Positions 37,016 to 46,757 of a stretch of DNA of 64,000 nucleotides are shown here, piece after piece. Source of the DNA: Actinobacteria bacterium UBA4426. GTDB taxonomy: Bacteria > Actinomycetota > Actinomycetes > S36-B12. Every line of letters starts with the position of its first letter. Position 1 is the stretch's first letter. The stretch covers positions 52,623 through 116,622 of the forward strand of contig DGQA01000005.1 in NCBI GenBank assembly GCA_002390705.1, given 5' to 3'. The position numbers were made by a program, and so were the translations under genes. The notes beneath the pieces were generated by a model. It saw only the letters and a program-made list of their open reading frames with translations, searched no databases and was not told the origin of the DNA.

Positions 37016-38290
37016 CTAGCCCGTGGGGTAATTGCGTTCAATTGCACCCGTGTACACCTGGCGGGGGCGACCAATCTTGGTAGTTGGATCCTCGATCATC
37101 TCACGCCATTGGGCGATCCAGCCGGGTAACCGGCCAAGTGCAAAAAGTACCGTAAACATGCGGGTAGGGAATCCCATCGCCTTGTAAATTAAACCCGTGT
37201 AAAAATCAACATTTGGGTACAACTTGCGCTCGATGAAAAAGGGGTCTTCGAGTGCAACTGCTTCGAGTTGAAGTGCAATGTCCAAAAGTGGGTCTTTGAC
37301 ATTGAGAGCCTCGAGAACCTCGTAGGCCGTCTTTTTCACAATCGCCGCCCGGGGGTCATAATTTTTGTACACGCGGTGGCCAAAGCCCATGAGCTTTACG
37401 CCATCCTCGCGCGCTTTCACCCTCTCAATAAATGCGTCGACCCCCTCACCCGAGTCGTGGATCTCGCCGAGCATTTCTAAAACAGCCTGATTAGCTCCGC
37501 CGTGCAGAGGCCCAAAGAGCGCGTTAATTCCGGCAGAGACGCTGGCAAAAAGATTTGCGTGGGATGAGCCAACCAGTCGCACAGTCGACGTGGAACAATT
37601 CTGCTCATGGTCTGCATGTAGAATAAATAACTGATTTAAGGCCCGAACAACCACCGGGTCCGCAACGTATTCCTCAGCGGGTACCCCGAAAGTCATGCGT
37701 AAGAAGTTTTCAACAAACCCGAGAGAATTATCTGGGTAGAGCATCGGCTGACCGACAGACTTCTTGTAAGCGTAGGCCGCGATTGTCGTTACCTTGGCGA
37801 GCAGCCGAATGGTCGAAATCTCTACCTGCTCCTGATCAAATGGATCCAGGGAATCTTGGTAGAAAGTTGAGAGCGCTGAAACGGCCGAAGACAGCACCGG
37901 CATTGGATGGGCGTCCCGCGGGAAGCCGTCAAAGAAGCGTCGTAGATCTTCATGCAACATGGTGTGCTGGGTAATGAGTGATTCGAAGTCAGCTAACTGT
38001 GTCGGAGTGGGCAATTCGCCATAAATCAACAGGTATGAAGTTTCAAGAAATGTGGATTTTTCCGCAAGTTGCTCAATGGGGTAACCACGGTAGCGGAGGA
38101 TTCCTTTTTCACCATTAATGAAAGTAATAGCGGAAGTGCACGACGCCGTGTTCACGAAACCTGGGTCCAAGGTGACGTTACCGGTGGCATTGAGCAGCGA
38201 ACTAATGCCCAAGCCGTTTTCCCCTTCGCTTGAGTCGATGACAGGGAGATCAAGAGTCCCACCAGGAAAATTAAGCACGTTATCGGTCAC
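37016..38290 (-). CDS. gltA: Citrate synthase
   Basis: 424 aa. It has [14 protein letters not shown] and the LHADHEQN catalytic motifs. Confidence 0.95.
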   Translation of the reverse strand: MTDNVLNFPGGTLDLPVIDSSEGENGLGISSLLNATGNVTLDPGFVNTASCTSAITFINGEKGILRYRGYPIEQLAEKSTFLETSYLLIYGELPTPTQLADFESLITQHTMLHEDLRRFFDGFPRDAHPMPVLSSAVSALSTFYQDSLDPFDQEQVEISTIRLLAKVTTIAAYAYKKSVGQPMLYPDNSLGFVENFLRMTFGVPAEEYVADPVVVRALNQLFILHADHEQNCSTSTVRLVGSSHANLFASVSAGINALFGPLHGGANQAVLEMLGEIHDSGEGVDAFIERVKAREDGVKLMGFGHRVYKNYDPRAAIVKKTAYEVLEALNVKDPLLDIALQLEAVALEDPFFIERKLYPNVDFYTGLIYKAMGFPTRMFTVLFALGRLPGWIAQWREMIEDPTTKIGRPRQVYTGAIERNYPTG

Positions 38291-38331
38291 AGGCGAAGAC
38301 TATCGGCCTCTTGTCGTTCGCGAAAATCCGC

Positions 38332-39429
38332 CTACACTCCCGCGGCCAGGCGCGAAACCGCCTGTGCAACGGCCAGATCACTCGCAGTGAGTGCCACTCG
38401 AACGAACTTTTGCCCTTTTTCCCCATAGAAAACACCTGGAGTGACCAAGATTCCTAATTTTGCCAGGCCGGCCACGCTCTCCCAACAGTCTTTGTTTTGG
38501 GTTGCCCACAGGTATAACCCGGCTTGACTGTGACAAATCTCAAACCCAAAGGCGCTTAAAGCCCCTTTGAGTGCAGCCCGCCTGGCGCGATATCGCTCCT
38601 TTTGCTCACGGATGTGCTGGATATCTTGATAAGCGGCGACAGCGGCATACTGCACGAATGTGGGGACCATCATGCCTAAGTGTTTGCGGATTCCCAAAAT
38701 CCGATGCACCAATTCCGGATCACCGGCTAGAGTCCCGAAACGGTAACCGGCCATATTGGATCGTTTGGAAAGTGAATGCACCGCGAGTAACCCGGTGAGG
38801 TTTCCGCCATTAACTCGCCGATCCAAAATCGACACGGGCTCGGCTTCCCAACCAAGTTCGAAATAGCACTCGTCGCTCACGATCACAACGTCGTGTGATT
38901 GGCCCCAAGAAACCAAGTCTTGGAGCCTTGCCAGGCTGAGTACTTCACCGGTTGGGTTTGACGGTGAATTAAGCCACACCATGGATACCGGGGCGGACAG
39001 CAATTCGGGTGAGTCCGTAGCGACGACCTCCAGGCCCCCGGCAAGACCGCCCACCTGATAAGTCGGGTAGGCGACTTCAGGAATCACCAATCGGTCATGT
39101 ATTCCCAAGCCAAGCAAATTCGGTAGAGCGGCAATAAGCTCCTTTGAACCGATGGAAGGTAGAACTCCGATGGTGTCTGGGGCTCCCAAAGTTGTACGGG
39201 CCCAGTCGATGAAGGTGGTCGATAGTTGTGCGATGCCGGCCGTAGTGGGGTACCCGGGCGCATTTGATGCTTGGGCAAGTGCTTGCTGAACAGGCAGTGG
39301 GGTTGAGTCCACGGGAGTTCCGACGGACAAGTCAATCATTTTATCGGAATAGTTGCGGGCGATCTCTGCGAAAGGGACAAGCGCATCCCATGGAAAATCA
39401 GGTAATTGCGCCCAACGATCTCCAGTCAC
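38332..39429 (-). CDS. dapC: Succinyldiaminopimelate transaminase (class I/II aminotransferase)
   Basis: It has the PLP-lysine motif SLSKRSNMAGYR. It lies next to fdxA, as in other actinobacteria. Confidence 0.8.
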   Translation of the reverse strand: MTGDRWAQLPDFPWDALVPFAEIARNYSDKMIDLSVGTPVDSTPLPVQQALAQASNAPGYPTTAGIAQLSTTFIDWARTTLGAPDTIGVLPSIGSKELIAALPNLLGLGIHDRLVIPEVAYPTYQVGGLAGGLEVVATDSPELLSAPVSMVWLNSPSNPTGEVLSLARLQDLVSWGQSHDVVIVSDECYFELGWEAEPVSILDRRVNGGNLTGLLAVHSLSKRSNMAGYRFGTLAGDPELVHRILGIRKHLGMMVPTFVQYAAVAAYQDIQHIREQKERYRARRAALKGALSAFGFEICHSQAGLYLWATQNKDCWESVAGLAKLGILVTPGVFYGEKGQKFVRVALTASDLAVAQAVSRLAAGV

Positions 39430-39449
39430 AAAAGCACTCTTTGACCAGA

Positions 39450-39776
39450 TTATTCGTCGTGCGTTTGGGTTTCGATGCTTGCGAGCAGGGGTGCATCGAA
39501 TGTCTGTGGTCCCAACTTCGAGGCTCCGCCCGGCGAACCTAGCTCAACAAAAAAGTCCACATTGGCGGCAGTAAAAGCTTGGTGCTCTGCGGGAACGTCG
39601 TCTTCATAGTAAATAGCCTCAACCGGGCATACCGGCTCACATGCGCCGCAGTCGACGCACTCATCGGCTTGGATATACAACATGCGGTCGCCTTCATAGA
39701 TGCAATCCACCGGGCATTCTTCAATGCAGGACCTGTCCTTGAGGTCTACACAGGGAAGGGTGATCACGTAAGTCAC
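39450..39776 (-). CDS. fdxA: 7Fe ferredoxin (3Fe-4S plus 4Fe-4S)
   Basis: It has the cysteine clusters [17 protein letters not shown] and [15 protein letters not shown] start is preceded by GGAG. Confidence 0.9.
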   Translation of the reverse strand: MTYVITLPCVDLKDRSCIEECPVDCIYEGDRMLYIQADECVDCGACEPVCPVEAIYYEDDVPAEHQAFTAANVDFFVELGSPGGASKLGPQTFDAPLLASIETQTHDE

Positions 39777-39910
39777 TATCGCTCCAAAAAGTAGGGCGCA
39801 ATGTCATTGCGCCGGGTGAGACAACTATATTCTTTCGGCTGAACCTACCGTCTCCGCATTGTTCATGCACCTACCGTCCCCATAATCTGGCCAACGTCTA
39901 GGCTGCGGGT

Positions 39911-41347
39911 GTGCGGCTGTACAACACGATGACCCGAAAAATTGATCCCGTCGAGACAGCGCACCCCAAAATCGCCCGTATCTACGCGTGCGGGCCCACA
40001 GTCTATCGAGATGCCCATGTGGGAAATATGCGGACTTTCTTGGTAACGGACTTGATCGCACGCACCCTTCGCCACCAAGGATTTCGGACAACCGTTGTCC
40101 AAAACATCACTGATGTGGGACACATGGCCGACGACACGGGATTAGGTGAGGCGCAGTTGGATTCTGCCCCACAGGACAAAATGCTCGCCGAGTCTGAAAA
40201 AACGGGTCAGAGCGCCCTTGAGATCGCCCAGCGTTTTGAACATAGGTTCCACCACGACCTCGCCCAGCTAAACATTTATCCGGCCGATCATTATCCCAAA
40301 GCAAGTGAGTCCATTGATTCAATGCTCGACTTGATTAGAAAGTTAATTGATAGCGGTAACGCATATGTGGGAATTGATAATTCGGTGTACTTTTCGGCCG
40401 AGTCCTTCCCAAGTTACGGGGCATTAAGTGGCAATAAGCTCGATGCCCTGCGGCCCGGTCACAAATTTGATCCGGACGAGAATGAATCCGCCAAGCGGTT
40501 CCACGCCGACTGGGCATTATGGAAATCTGCTGGAGACACTCGTACTCAGCTCACCTGGGAGACACCCTGGGGCCGTGGGTTCCCCGGTTGGCATACCGAA
40601 TGCAGCGCCATGAGCATGGATCTTCTGGGCGAAAGCATCGATATTCATACGGGGGGAATCGACCTTCGATTCCCCCACCATGAAGATGAACGGGCTCAAA
40701 GCAACTCGGCCAGTTCTGGTGACCACGAAGTAGTTCGCCACTGGGTTCATGCCGAACACCTACTTTTCGAGTCACGGAAAATGAGTAAGTCCTCTGGTAA
40801 TGTTGTACTCGTACAAGACATTATCGACCGTGGATATGACCCGCTGGTGATTCGGTTAGCCTTTCTGCAGCACAGGTACCGAAGTCAAATGAACCTCACA
40901 TGGGAAGTCCTGGCTTCCTCGCAAGAACTCCTCGATCGTTGGCGCCGTAAAGTCAACGTGTGGTCTCAAAGCGCGTCCCAAGCAATGGATCAAGGGCTTA
41001 TTGCCGAAATTTCAGGGCATTTCGCCGAGGATCTCAATACGCCCATGGCGATTAATGCCCTGCGAATATTGGAGAAAAGCCCACAGATAAGTGACGGTTC
41101 AAAATTCGAAATGTTTTCTTACCTAGATTCGCTGTTTGGGTTAGATCTCACCCGAGAAGTCGGCCATAACCTGAACTCACTTTCTGAGATTCCCCCTGAT
41201 GTGTCCCAATTGCTGGAACAACGCAATGCCGCTCGCAGCTCACGAGACTGGGCATTAAGTGACCAATTGCGCGACCAAATCGCAGAGCGCGGGTTCACAG
41301 TTGTTGATACCAGTGAAGGCACACAACTCGAAACCACTAAGACCTAG
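39911..41347 (+). CDS. cysS: Cysteine--tRNA ligase
   Basis: It has the class I motifs GPTVY..HVGN and KMSKSSGN, plus GWHTECS and FPHHE. The C-terminal DALR/anticodon-binding tail is like that of E. coli CysS. The C-terminal extension argues against MshC. Confidence 0.85.
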   Translation: MRLYNTMTRKIDPVETAHPKIARIYACGPTVYRDAHVGNMRTFLVTDLIARTLRHQGFRTTVVQNITDVGHMADDTGLGEAQLDSAPQDKMLAESEKTGQSALEIAQRFEHRFHHDLAQLNIYPADHYPKASESIDSMLDLIRKLIDSGNAYVGIDNSVYFSAESFPSYGALSGNKLDALRPGHKFDPDENESAKRFHADWALWKSAGDTRTQLTWETPWGRGFPGWHTECSAMSMDLLGESIDIHTGGIDLRFPHHEDERAQSNSASSGDHEVVRHWVHAEHLLFESRKMSKSSGNVVLVQDIIDRGYDPLVIRLAFLQHRYRSQMNLTWEVLASSQELLDRWRRKVNVWSQSASQAMDQGLIAEISGHFAEDLNTPMAINALRILEKSPQISDGSKFEMFSYLDSLFGLDLTREVGHNLNSLSEIPPDVSQLLEQRNAARSSRDWALSDQLRDQIAERGFTVVDTSEGTQLETTKT

Positions 41348-41352
41348 TTTTC

Positions 41353-43158
41353 TCACACCTCCGGTCTATTTGCTGCAAAAATGCTTTCCGCATCTGCGGG
41401 GGTTGGTACGGCGTCATCTAAATTGACACCCGGTGGATCGAATACTTCCGGCTTGGGTTCTTTCTTTTTCTTCTTGCACACAATATTTGGACCCGCCCTG
41501 TAGATCGTGGTCATCGGCTCGCGTTTCACTTCTTGCCCATCTTTGGTGAAAACTCGATTAACGGTAATGGTGAATCCTTCAATGCCCGACTGAGCTACAC
41601 ATTTCTTGTTCCTCTTGACAATTTTCTTAGATTTATTGACATTGACCCGCTCCCCAAATTCCGCTTCAATCGAGTCGAACTCCTTAGTTCCCCAGAAGGT
41701 AACTTTCATTGAGCTGTTTGTCATTTTCGTTTTGATCAACACAGCACGGGACAAGCTATTTGTGAATTTCATGTCGAAAACTCCCCAAGCCACGGTTGCT
41801 TCCAAGCCTGGTTGGTAACGGGAAATGTAGAGCGAATGAGCTCGAGTGTCGGTTCGTTCCATTCCTGCGAAGAAAGCTCCTGTCCACACTGCCGTTGTTG
41901 CCGCAGAAACGCCTCCACCGAGAGCCTCTTCAAAAACGCCACCAGGGCCAATAATTGTGCCGACCGTGTACCCATTTTCAACAGTGCGTTCTTTAATTGT
42001 GTCATTCATCGAAAAAGTTTCCCCTGGCATCAAGATTGTGTTGTTTATATATTTTGCCGCCTGTCCAATATTGGTAACACGGTAGGCAGCATAGTTAAAA
42101 TCTTGAGTGAACCTAGAAAGTTTCTCATTGATACCGAGCTGCTGTGCCTCTAGGGTTGTTATCTCAGGATCGCGTGTTCCCAGCGCAATGGAAACACTTC
42201 GATCACTGCCAGGGGCAGAGAGAACCCCCAGCACCGAAGTCGCCAGCTGCGCATCTGAGACACCTGCACCCACGACCGAGGGAACTACAACTGGACTCCC
42301 ATTTTCAATTTTGAAACTTGCGTTACGTCCCGGCGTTTCCACCCGCTTGAGTTCATTGGCGATTGATGCGTAGAGCAACGCACCGTTGAGTTCCGGGGAA
42401 AGTTGATTGCCCTGAATAGTAAAAGAAAGCGCCTGGGCAATAGTTTCTGGGTCAATGACCGCTTGTACGTCTTTGACCACGATGTTCACGGGATTGGCAA
42501 CCGCTTGCTTGGCCAAAGTCTCTGCCTTAATTGCATTTGCTGCAGAAACTCTCGGTGGCAGAACTTTTATCGGTGCTTCAATCATTGATTGGGGCTTGGG
42601 AGCCGCCGCCATAATTTGGGAACCCAGCTCCTCGCGATCAACCTCTCGACCATCACTTCCCTGGGTGAGTGAAATATTTTTTTGGGTCACGGACAGTTTC
42701 GGTTCAATTGGTTTCAGCCTGAGTGCGTCGGCGATTAACACTACTGATTGTGAAAGTAAGTCTTGATCAACCAAAATCATCGGTTCAACATCGAGCGAAC
42801 CGGTTAAATTCGAGATCATTTTTAATGGATTAAAGCCACGCATAATGGCTTGATCAACTGTTGCTGCGGCATCAAGGGTGATCCCGGCATCTCGGGGGCG
42901 CACTTGAAAAACTTGATCACCGGCGGCGATCTCAATTTTTCGGTTAAAAGCAGTGCCCAAGGACTCCTCGATCACGTCCACTGCCTGGCCAGTACTCATA
43001 CCGCCAATCGCCACACCGGAGACGGTCGTTCCTGGCCGTACCCCGTCATTGGTCGCGGCGTAAATGCCCAGGAAAAAAGCGAATAAAGCCCCGATTCCAC
43101 CCCCAATCCACAAGAGATTGCGCTTCGAGATCGCGGGCATCTGCTGATGCTCACTCAC
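41353..43158 (-). CDS. VanW family protein (YoaR-like), membrane-anchored
   Basis: It has an N-terminal TM segment. The VanW core contains PGETFSMND...GGGVSAATTAVW...EATVAWG..DMKFTN. Confidence 0.8.
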   Translation of the reverse strand: MSEHQQMPAISKRNLLWIGGGIGALFAFFLGIYAATNDGVRPGTTVSGVAIGGMSTGQAVDVIEESLGTAFNRKIEIAAGDQVFQVRPRDAGITLDAAATVDQAIMRGFNPLKMISNLTGSLDVEPMILVDQDLLSQSVVLIADALRLKPIEPKLSVTQKNISLTQGSDGREVDREELGSQIMAAAPKPQSMIEAPIKVLPPRVSAANAIKAETLAKQAVANPVNIVVKDVQAVIDPETIAQALSFTIQGNQLSPELNGALLYASIANELKRVETPGRNASFKIENGSPVVVPSVVGAGVSDAQLATSVLGVLSAPGSDRSVSIALGTRDPEITTLEAQQLGINEKLSRFTQDFNYAAYRVTNIGQAAKYINNTILMPGETFSMNDTIKERTVENGYTVGTIIGPGGVFEEALGGGVSAATTAVWTGAFFAGMERTDTRAHSLYISRYQPGLEATVAWGVFDMKFTNSLSRAVLIKTKMTNSSMKVTFWGTKEFDSIEAEFGERVNVNKSKKIVKRNKKCVAQSGIEGFTITVNRVFTKDGQEVKREPMTTIYRAGPNIVCKKKKKEPKPEVFDPPGVNLDDAVPTPADAESIFAANRPEV

Positions 43159-43289
43159 AACTTATCTCCGCAACTGTTGACATCAAGGTTATACACGTGA
43201 TTCTATCGTACATACGGCATTGGACGTGCTGGCAGCGAAAGTCAATGTTGAGACAAATCAGGTCAGTTTGTTTCCCGCAACCACATCAA

Positions 43290-43715
43290 TTACTCCGAAA
43301 GGACTGACGGCCGTGGGAGTCGATGGGTTCCCTTTCGTGCCAAAAAATCAACCGGGAGTGTTGCCGCAGACGCACCCAACACAATTCCGCCAAAGAGATA
43401 CACCACTTGACGGGCTCCTGAACTAATTGCCAGGTCACCCGATGGCGAGTCCGCCGCCAGAAAAACTGTCGCCGCCAGCCACCCGGTGAAGAACAGCCAA
43501 GCAGCCCAACGGGTCCCTGTGGCGAGAGTGGCCAAGCGGGTCACCGCCACAATTGCAACCAGCAGCAAGGCCGTGCCCCACGGCAAAATTATTACGAAAT
43601 CACTAATGGAGAAGATTGAGCGATGCGCCTGAATGAAAGCGCCGGCAATCCCGATGGTGGATCCCATGATGACGAACCCCACGAGTAGCAGGCTGCGCCG
43701 AATTGGTTCATGCAA
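43290..43715 (-). CDS. Small polytopic membrane protein (DUF6113-like, downstream of mshB)
   Basis: It has four hydrophobic segments. The TTG start at 43715 overlaps the mshB stop (TTGCATGA). Confidence 0.45.
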   Translation of the reverse strand: MHEPIRRSLLLVGFVIMGSTIGIAGAFIQAHRSIFSISDFVIILPWGTALLLVAIVAVTRLATLATGTRWAAWLFFTGWLAATVFLAADSPSGDLAISSGARQVVYLFGGIVLGASAATLPVDFLARKGTHRLPRPSVLSE

Positions 43716-44589
43716 GATTGAGTCCCTCAAATAGGTCGCTTTCCTGACCCAGACTAGGCAATTTTCCACGAACTAAACGAAAGTGCTCCTCGCTAAAGAT
43801 TTCAAGGCCCAAGTTATTCGACAACGCAAAGAATCCACTATCAGCGGTCACTTGCGTTTTGTGGGCGGTGAGTGCCGAAAATTTTGCCGAAGTGAAAGCC
43901 GCTCCATCAATCACGGTCGTGATCACCGAGTCGTCAACCGCAAACGGGATATCATCCGGATCCATCGATGCAAACTCACTTTCGTCACCAATCTCCTTGA
44001 GTTTGGTAATTCCTTCCACAATTCTGCTCTTGGGAAACGCGGTCCAATAAACCTTGGCCACTGACCAAGTCTCACCCAGTTCCGGCTTAAAGCTTGGGCT
44101 CTCGGCTAGGGCAATTGCATAGGTAGTTACCCGGTGCGCCTGGATGTGATCAGGGTGACCGTACCCACCAAAGTCGTCGTAGGTGGCGACAACTTGTGGT
44201 CGAACTTCTCGAATAATTGTTACTAAGTCTGTGGCGGCTTCCAGCAAGTCCGCACGCCAGAAACAATCCGCGCGCTGATTGCTCTCAACATCCATCATGC
44301 CGGAGTCGCGATATTTACCGGCACCTCCCAAAAACCGGAAGTCAGTAACACCCAAGATCGCCATGGCATCGGTCAGCTCGGTAATCCGATGCTCACCCAA
44401 CAAATCATCGTGCTCAGCCGCCAAGTGTGCTAACTCGGGGATCAGGACTTCTCCCTCTTCACCAAGGGTGCAGGTCACCAAGGTCACCGAGGCGCCTTCC
44501 GCGACATATTTTGCCATAGTTGCCCCCGTTCCAATTGACTCGTCGTCAGGGTGGGCATGGACAATCAAAAGTCGGGCATCAGAAGTCAC
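43708..44589 (-). CDS. mshB: N-acetyl-1-D-myo-inositol-2-amino-2-deoxy-alpha-D-glucopyranoside deacetylase
   Basis: It has the LmbE-family motif VHAHPDDESIGTG, then TLGEEGE and HPDH. Confidence 0.85.
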   Translation of the reverse strand: MTSDARLLIVHAHPDDESIGTGATMAKYVAEGASVTLVTCTLGEEGEVLIPELAHLAAEHDDLLGEHRITELTDAMAILGVTDFRFLGGAGKYRDSGMMDVESNQRADCFWRADLLEAATDLVTIIREVRPQVVATYDDFGGYGHPDHIQAHRVTTYAIALAESPSFKPELGETWSVAKVYWTAFPKSRIVEGITKLKEIGDESEFASMDPDDIPFAVDDSVITTVIDGAAFTSAKFSALTAHKTQVTADSGFFALSNNLGLEIFSEEHFRLVRGKLPSLGQESDLFEGLNLA

Positions 44590-44632
44590 TGGCCTAGGTT
44601 ACCGGCCACACAAGCTAGGGCATGATTCGCAC

Positions 44633-46726
44633 ATGAATGAATCATTTCCCCGACAGAAGGCAGCGACCCGCAGTTTCCGCTTGGGAGTGCCTCGAAACTT
44701 CTCCATTAAACCCAGCGGGGACCTAATCCTGTTCCTACGGACTGCCAGTGGCCGAACCCCTACGACTGATATTTGGGTGGCTGAAAAAACAGAATCCGGA
44801 TGGGTTGAACGCTGCCTGGTCGAATCAGCATCGCTTTCAGTCGGTGGGAAAATCCCGCATGAGGAGCTTGCACGCAGGGAGCGGATGAGAGAAGTCACTC
44901 AGGGGGTAACCGCCTATTCAACTGACACCGAATTCACGAGAATTACTTATGTCCTCGACGGGGAACTCTTCATACACAACTTGCCCCAACGAAAAGGTGA
45001 AGCCATTGGACTCCCTTCGCCCATTGAGACCGGTGGCGGATGCATCGACCCAAGACTCAGCCCCGATGGGAGCCAGGTCGCATTTGTTCACGCCGAGTCA
45101 CTGTTCACCGTTGACACTGACTCACTAAAAGAAACTCGTCTTTGTGGTCCGGCAGAAGCCGAGGAAAACGTCTTTTGGGGACTCGCCGATTTTGCAGCAG
45201 CTGAAGAGTTCGACCGGGTCCGCGGCTACTGGTGGGCTTCGGACTCTGGGAGCTTACTTGTTGAGCGGATTGATGAAACCCCGGTCGATGTCGCCTGGAT
45301 CGCGGATCCGGCGAATCCGCTCACGCCAGCGCGCCCACACCGCTACCCATTTGCAGGAACACCCAACGCGAATGTCTCGTTACATCGCGTCACGCTCACG
45401 GGTGACATTAATGAAATCCTATGGAACAAAAACACGCATCCCTATCTGGTCACTGTGAACCCACGGGGCTCCGCAGCGACTTTCAGCGTGCTGTCTCGGG
45501 ATCAAAAAAGCCTGGAGATATTTCGATTGAACGAATTAGCATCAACATCAATTCACGTCAGGAACGAAGAGCCATGGCACACGGTCGCAACTGGAGTACC
45601 CACGCTCAATGACGCTGGTCAACTGATTGAGATCCGCCCACTCGACAACTCATTTCGTCTCTGTGTTGACGGAGAAGCAGTGAGCCCAGAAGGAATTCAA
45701 GTCGGGGGCGTGCTCATGTGTGACGACGACATCACCTACACCGGACAAAGTGAGACCACCAACCAACACATCTACTCGCTAGGAAAAGGCCAACTTTCTG
45801 CACCCGAAAAAATTCAGTCTATGAACTCTGGAGTGCGTAAGGGTGACCTCCTCTTATTGGCCCACACCGATTTTGAGCACACCAAAGCCACGTACTCGTT
45901 ATATAACGTCAACGATCTTGATGCACCCGAGCATGTGTTTACCAACAATGCGGAATCACCCGTCGTAACTCCCACCGTCACCGTCGCAACCACGGGTCAA
46001 CACAATCTCAAGAGCGCAATTATTTGGCCGGAGAATCACAAACGGGGAACCAAAATCCCAGTGATCTGCGCCCCCTACGGCGGCCCGCGCCACGCACGAG
46101 TAGTCGCATCTGGTCTCTCTTTTTGCTCAGATCAATGGCTCGCTAACCAAGGTTTTGCAGTGGTTGTCACTGATAATCGCGGAACCCCCGGGCACGGACC
46201 AGATTTTGAGTACAGCATTGCGACCGACTTAGCGAAAAAAGTCGTTCACGACCAAGTGGATGCATTAACCACGCTCGGTGCCACATACCCTGACCTTGAT
46301 CTCACCCGAGTGGGTATTCATGGTTGGTCATTCGGCGGATACCTCGCGGCACTGGCAACAATTGAACGACCAGACATTTTCCAGGTGGGTATTGCCGGTG
46401 CTCCGGTCGCCGACTGGGCGCTCTATGACACTGCTTACACTGAACGCTATCTAGGTTTACCCGCTGAACGCCCCGATGGTTATGAGGAAGCTTCACTGTT
46501 AAGCCGGGCACACAAACTGGAACGACCCCTCCTGATTATTCATGGCCTCGCCGACGACAACGTCTTAGTGGCACATTCACTTCGACTCTCAACAGCACTG
46601 CTGTCAGCAGGCAAAACCCACTCGGTTCTGCCACTTTCCGGTGTCACCCATATGACCTCACAAGAAATCGTGGCTGAAAATTTAATGCTGGCAGAGCTGG
46701 AGTTTTTTTACGAACACCTGCGGTGA
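44633..46726 (+). CDS. S9 family peptidase (dipeptidyl-peptidase IV / prolyl oligopeptidase-like)
   Basis: It has an N-terminal beta-propeller region. The C-terminal region has the GWSFGG nucleophile, and GLADDNV and H as triad candidates. The start is at ATG 44633; the upstream part of the track ORF is antisense to mshB. Confidence 0.85.
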   Translation: MNESFPRQKAATRSFRLGVPRNFSIKPSGDLILFLRTASGRTPTTDIWVAEKTESGWVERCLVESASLSVGGKIPHEELARRERMREVTQGVTAYSTDTEFTRITYVLDGELFIHNLPQRKGEAIGLPSPIETGGGCIDPRLSPDGSQVAFVHAESLFTVDTDSLKETRLCGPAEAEENVFWGLADFAAAEEFDRVRGYWWASDSGSLLVERIDETPVDVAWIADPANPLTPARPHRYPFAGTPNANVSLHRVTLTGDINEILWNKNTHPYLVTVNPRGSAATFSVLSRDQKSLEIFRLNELASTSIHVRNEEPWHTVATGVPTLNDAGQLIEIRPLDNSFRLCVDGEAVSPEGIQVGGVLMCDDDITYTGQSETTNQHIYSLGKGQLSAPEKIQSMNSGVRKGDLLLLAHTDFEHTKATYSLYNVNDLDAPEHVFTNNAESPVVTPTVTVATTGQHNLKSAIIWPENHKRGTKIPVICAPYGGPRHARVVASGLSFCSDQWLANQGFAVVVTDNRGTPGHGPDFEYSIATDLAKKVVHDQVDALTTLGATYPDLDLTRVGIHGWSFGGYLAALATIERPDIFQVGIAGAPVADWALYDTAYTERYLGLPAERPDGYEEASLLSRAHKLERPLLIIHGLADDNVLVAHSLRLSTALLSAGKTHSVLPLSGVTHMTSQEIVAENLMLAELEFFYEHLR

Positions 46727-46757
46727 CGAAAAGAGCCCCTGCCCACTGTCGTAGTTA

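Noticed and set aside
44279-44632. A 118-aa N-terminal extension of the S9 peptidase ORF.
   Set aside because: It runs antisense through mshB. The peptidase homology begins at the ATG at 44633.
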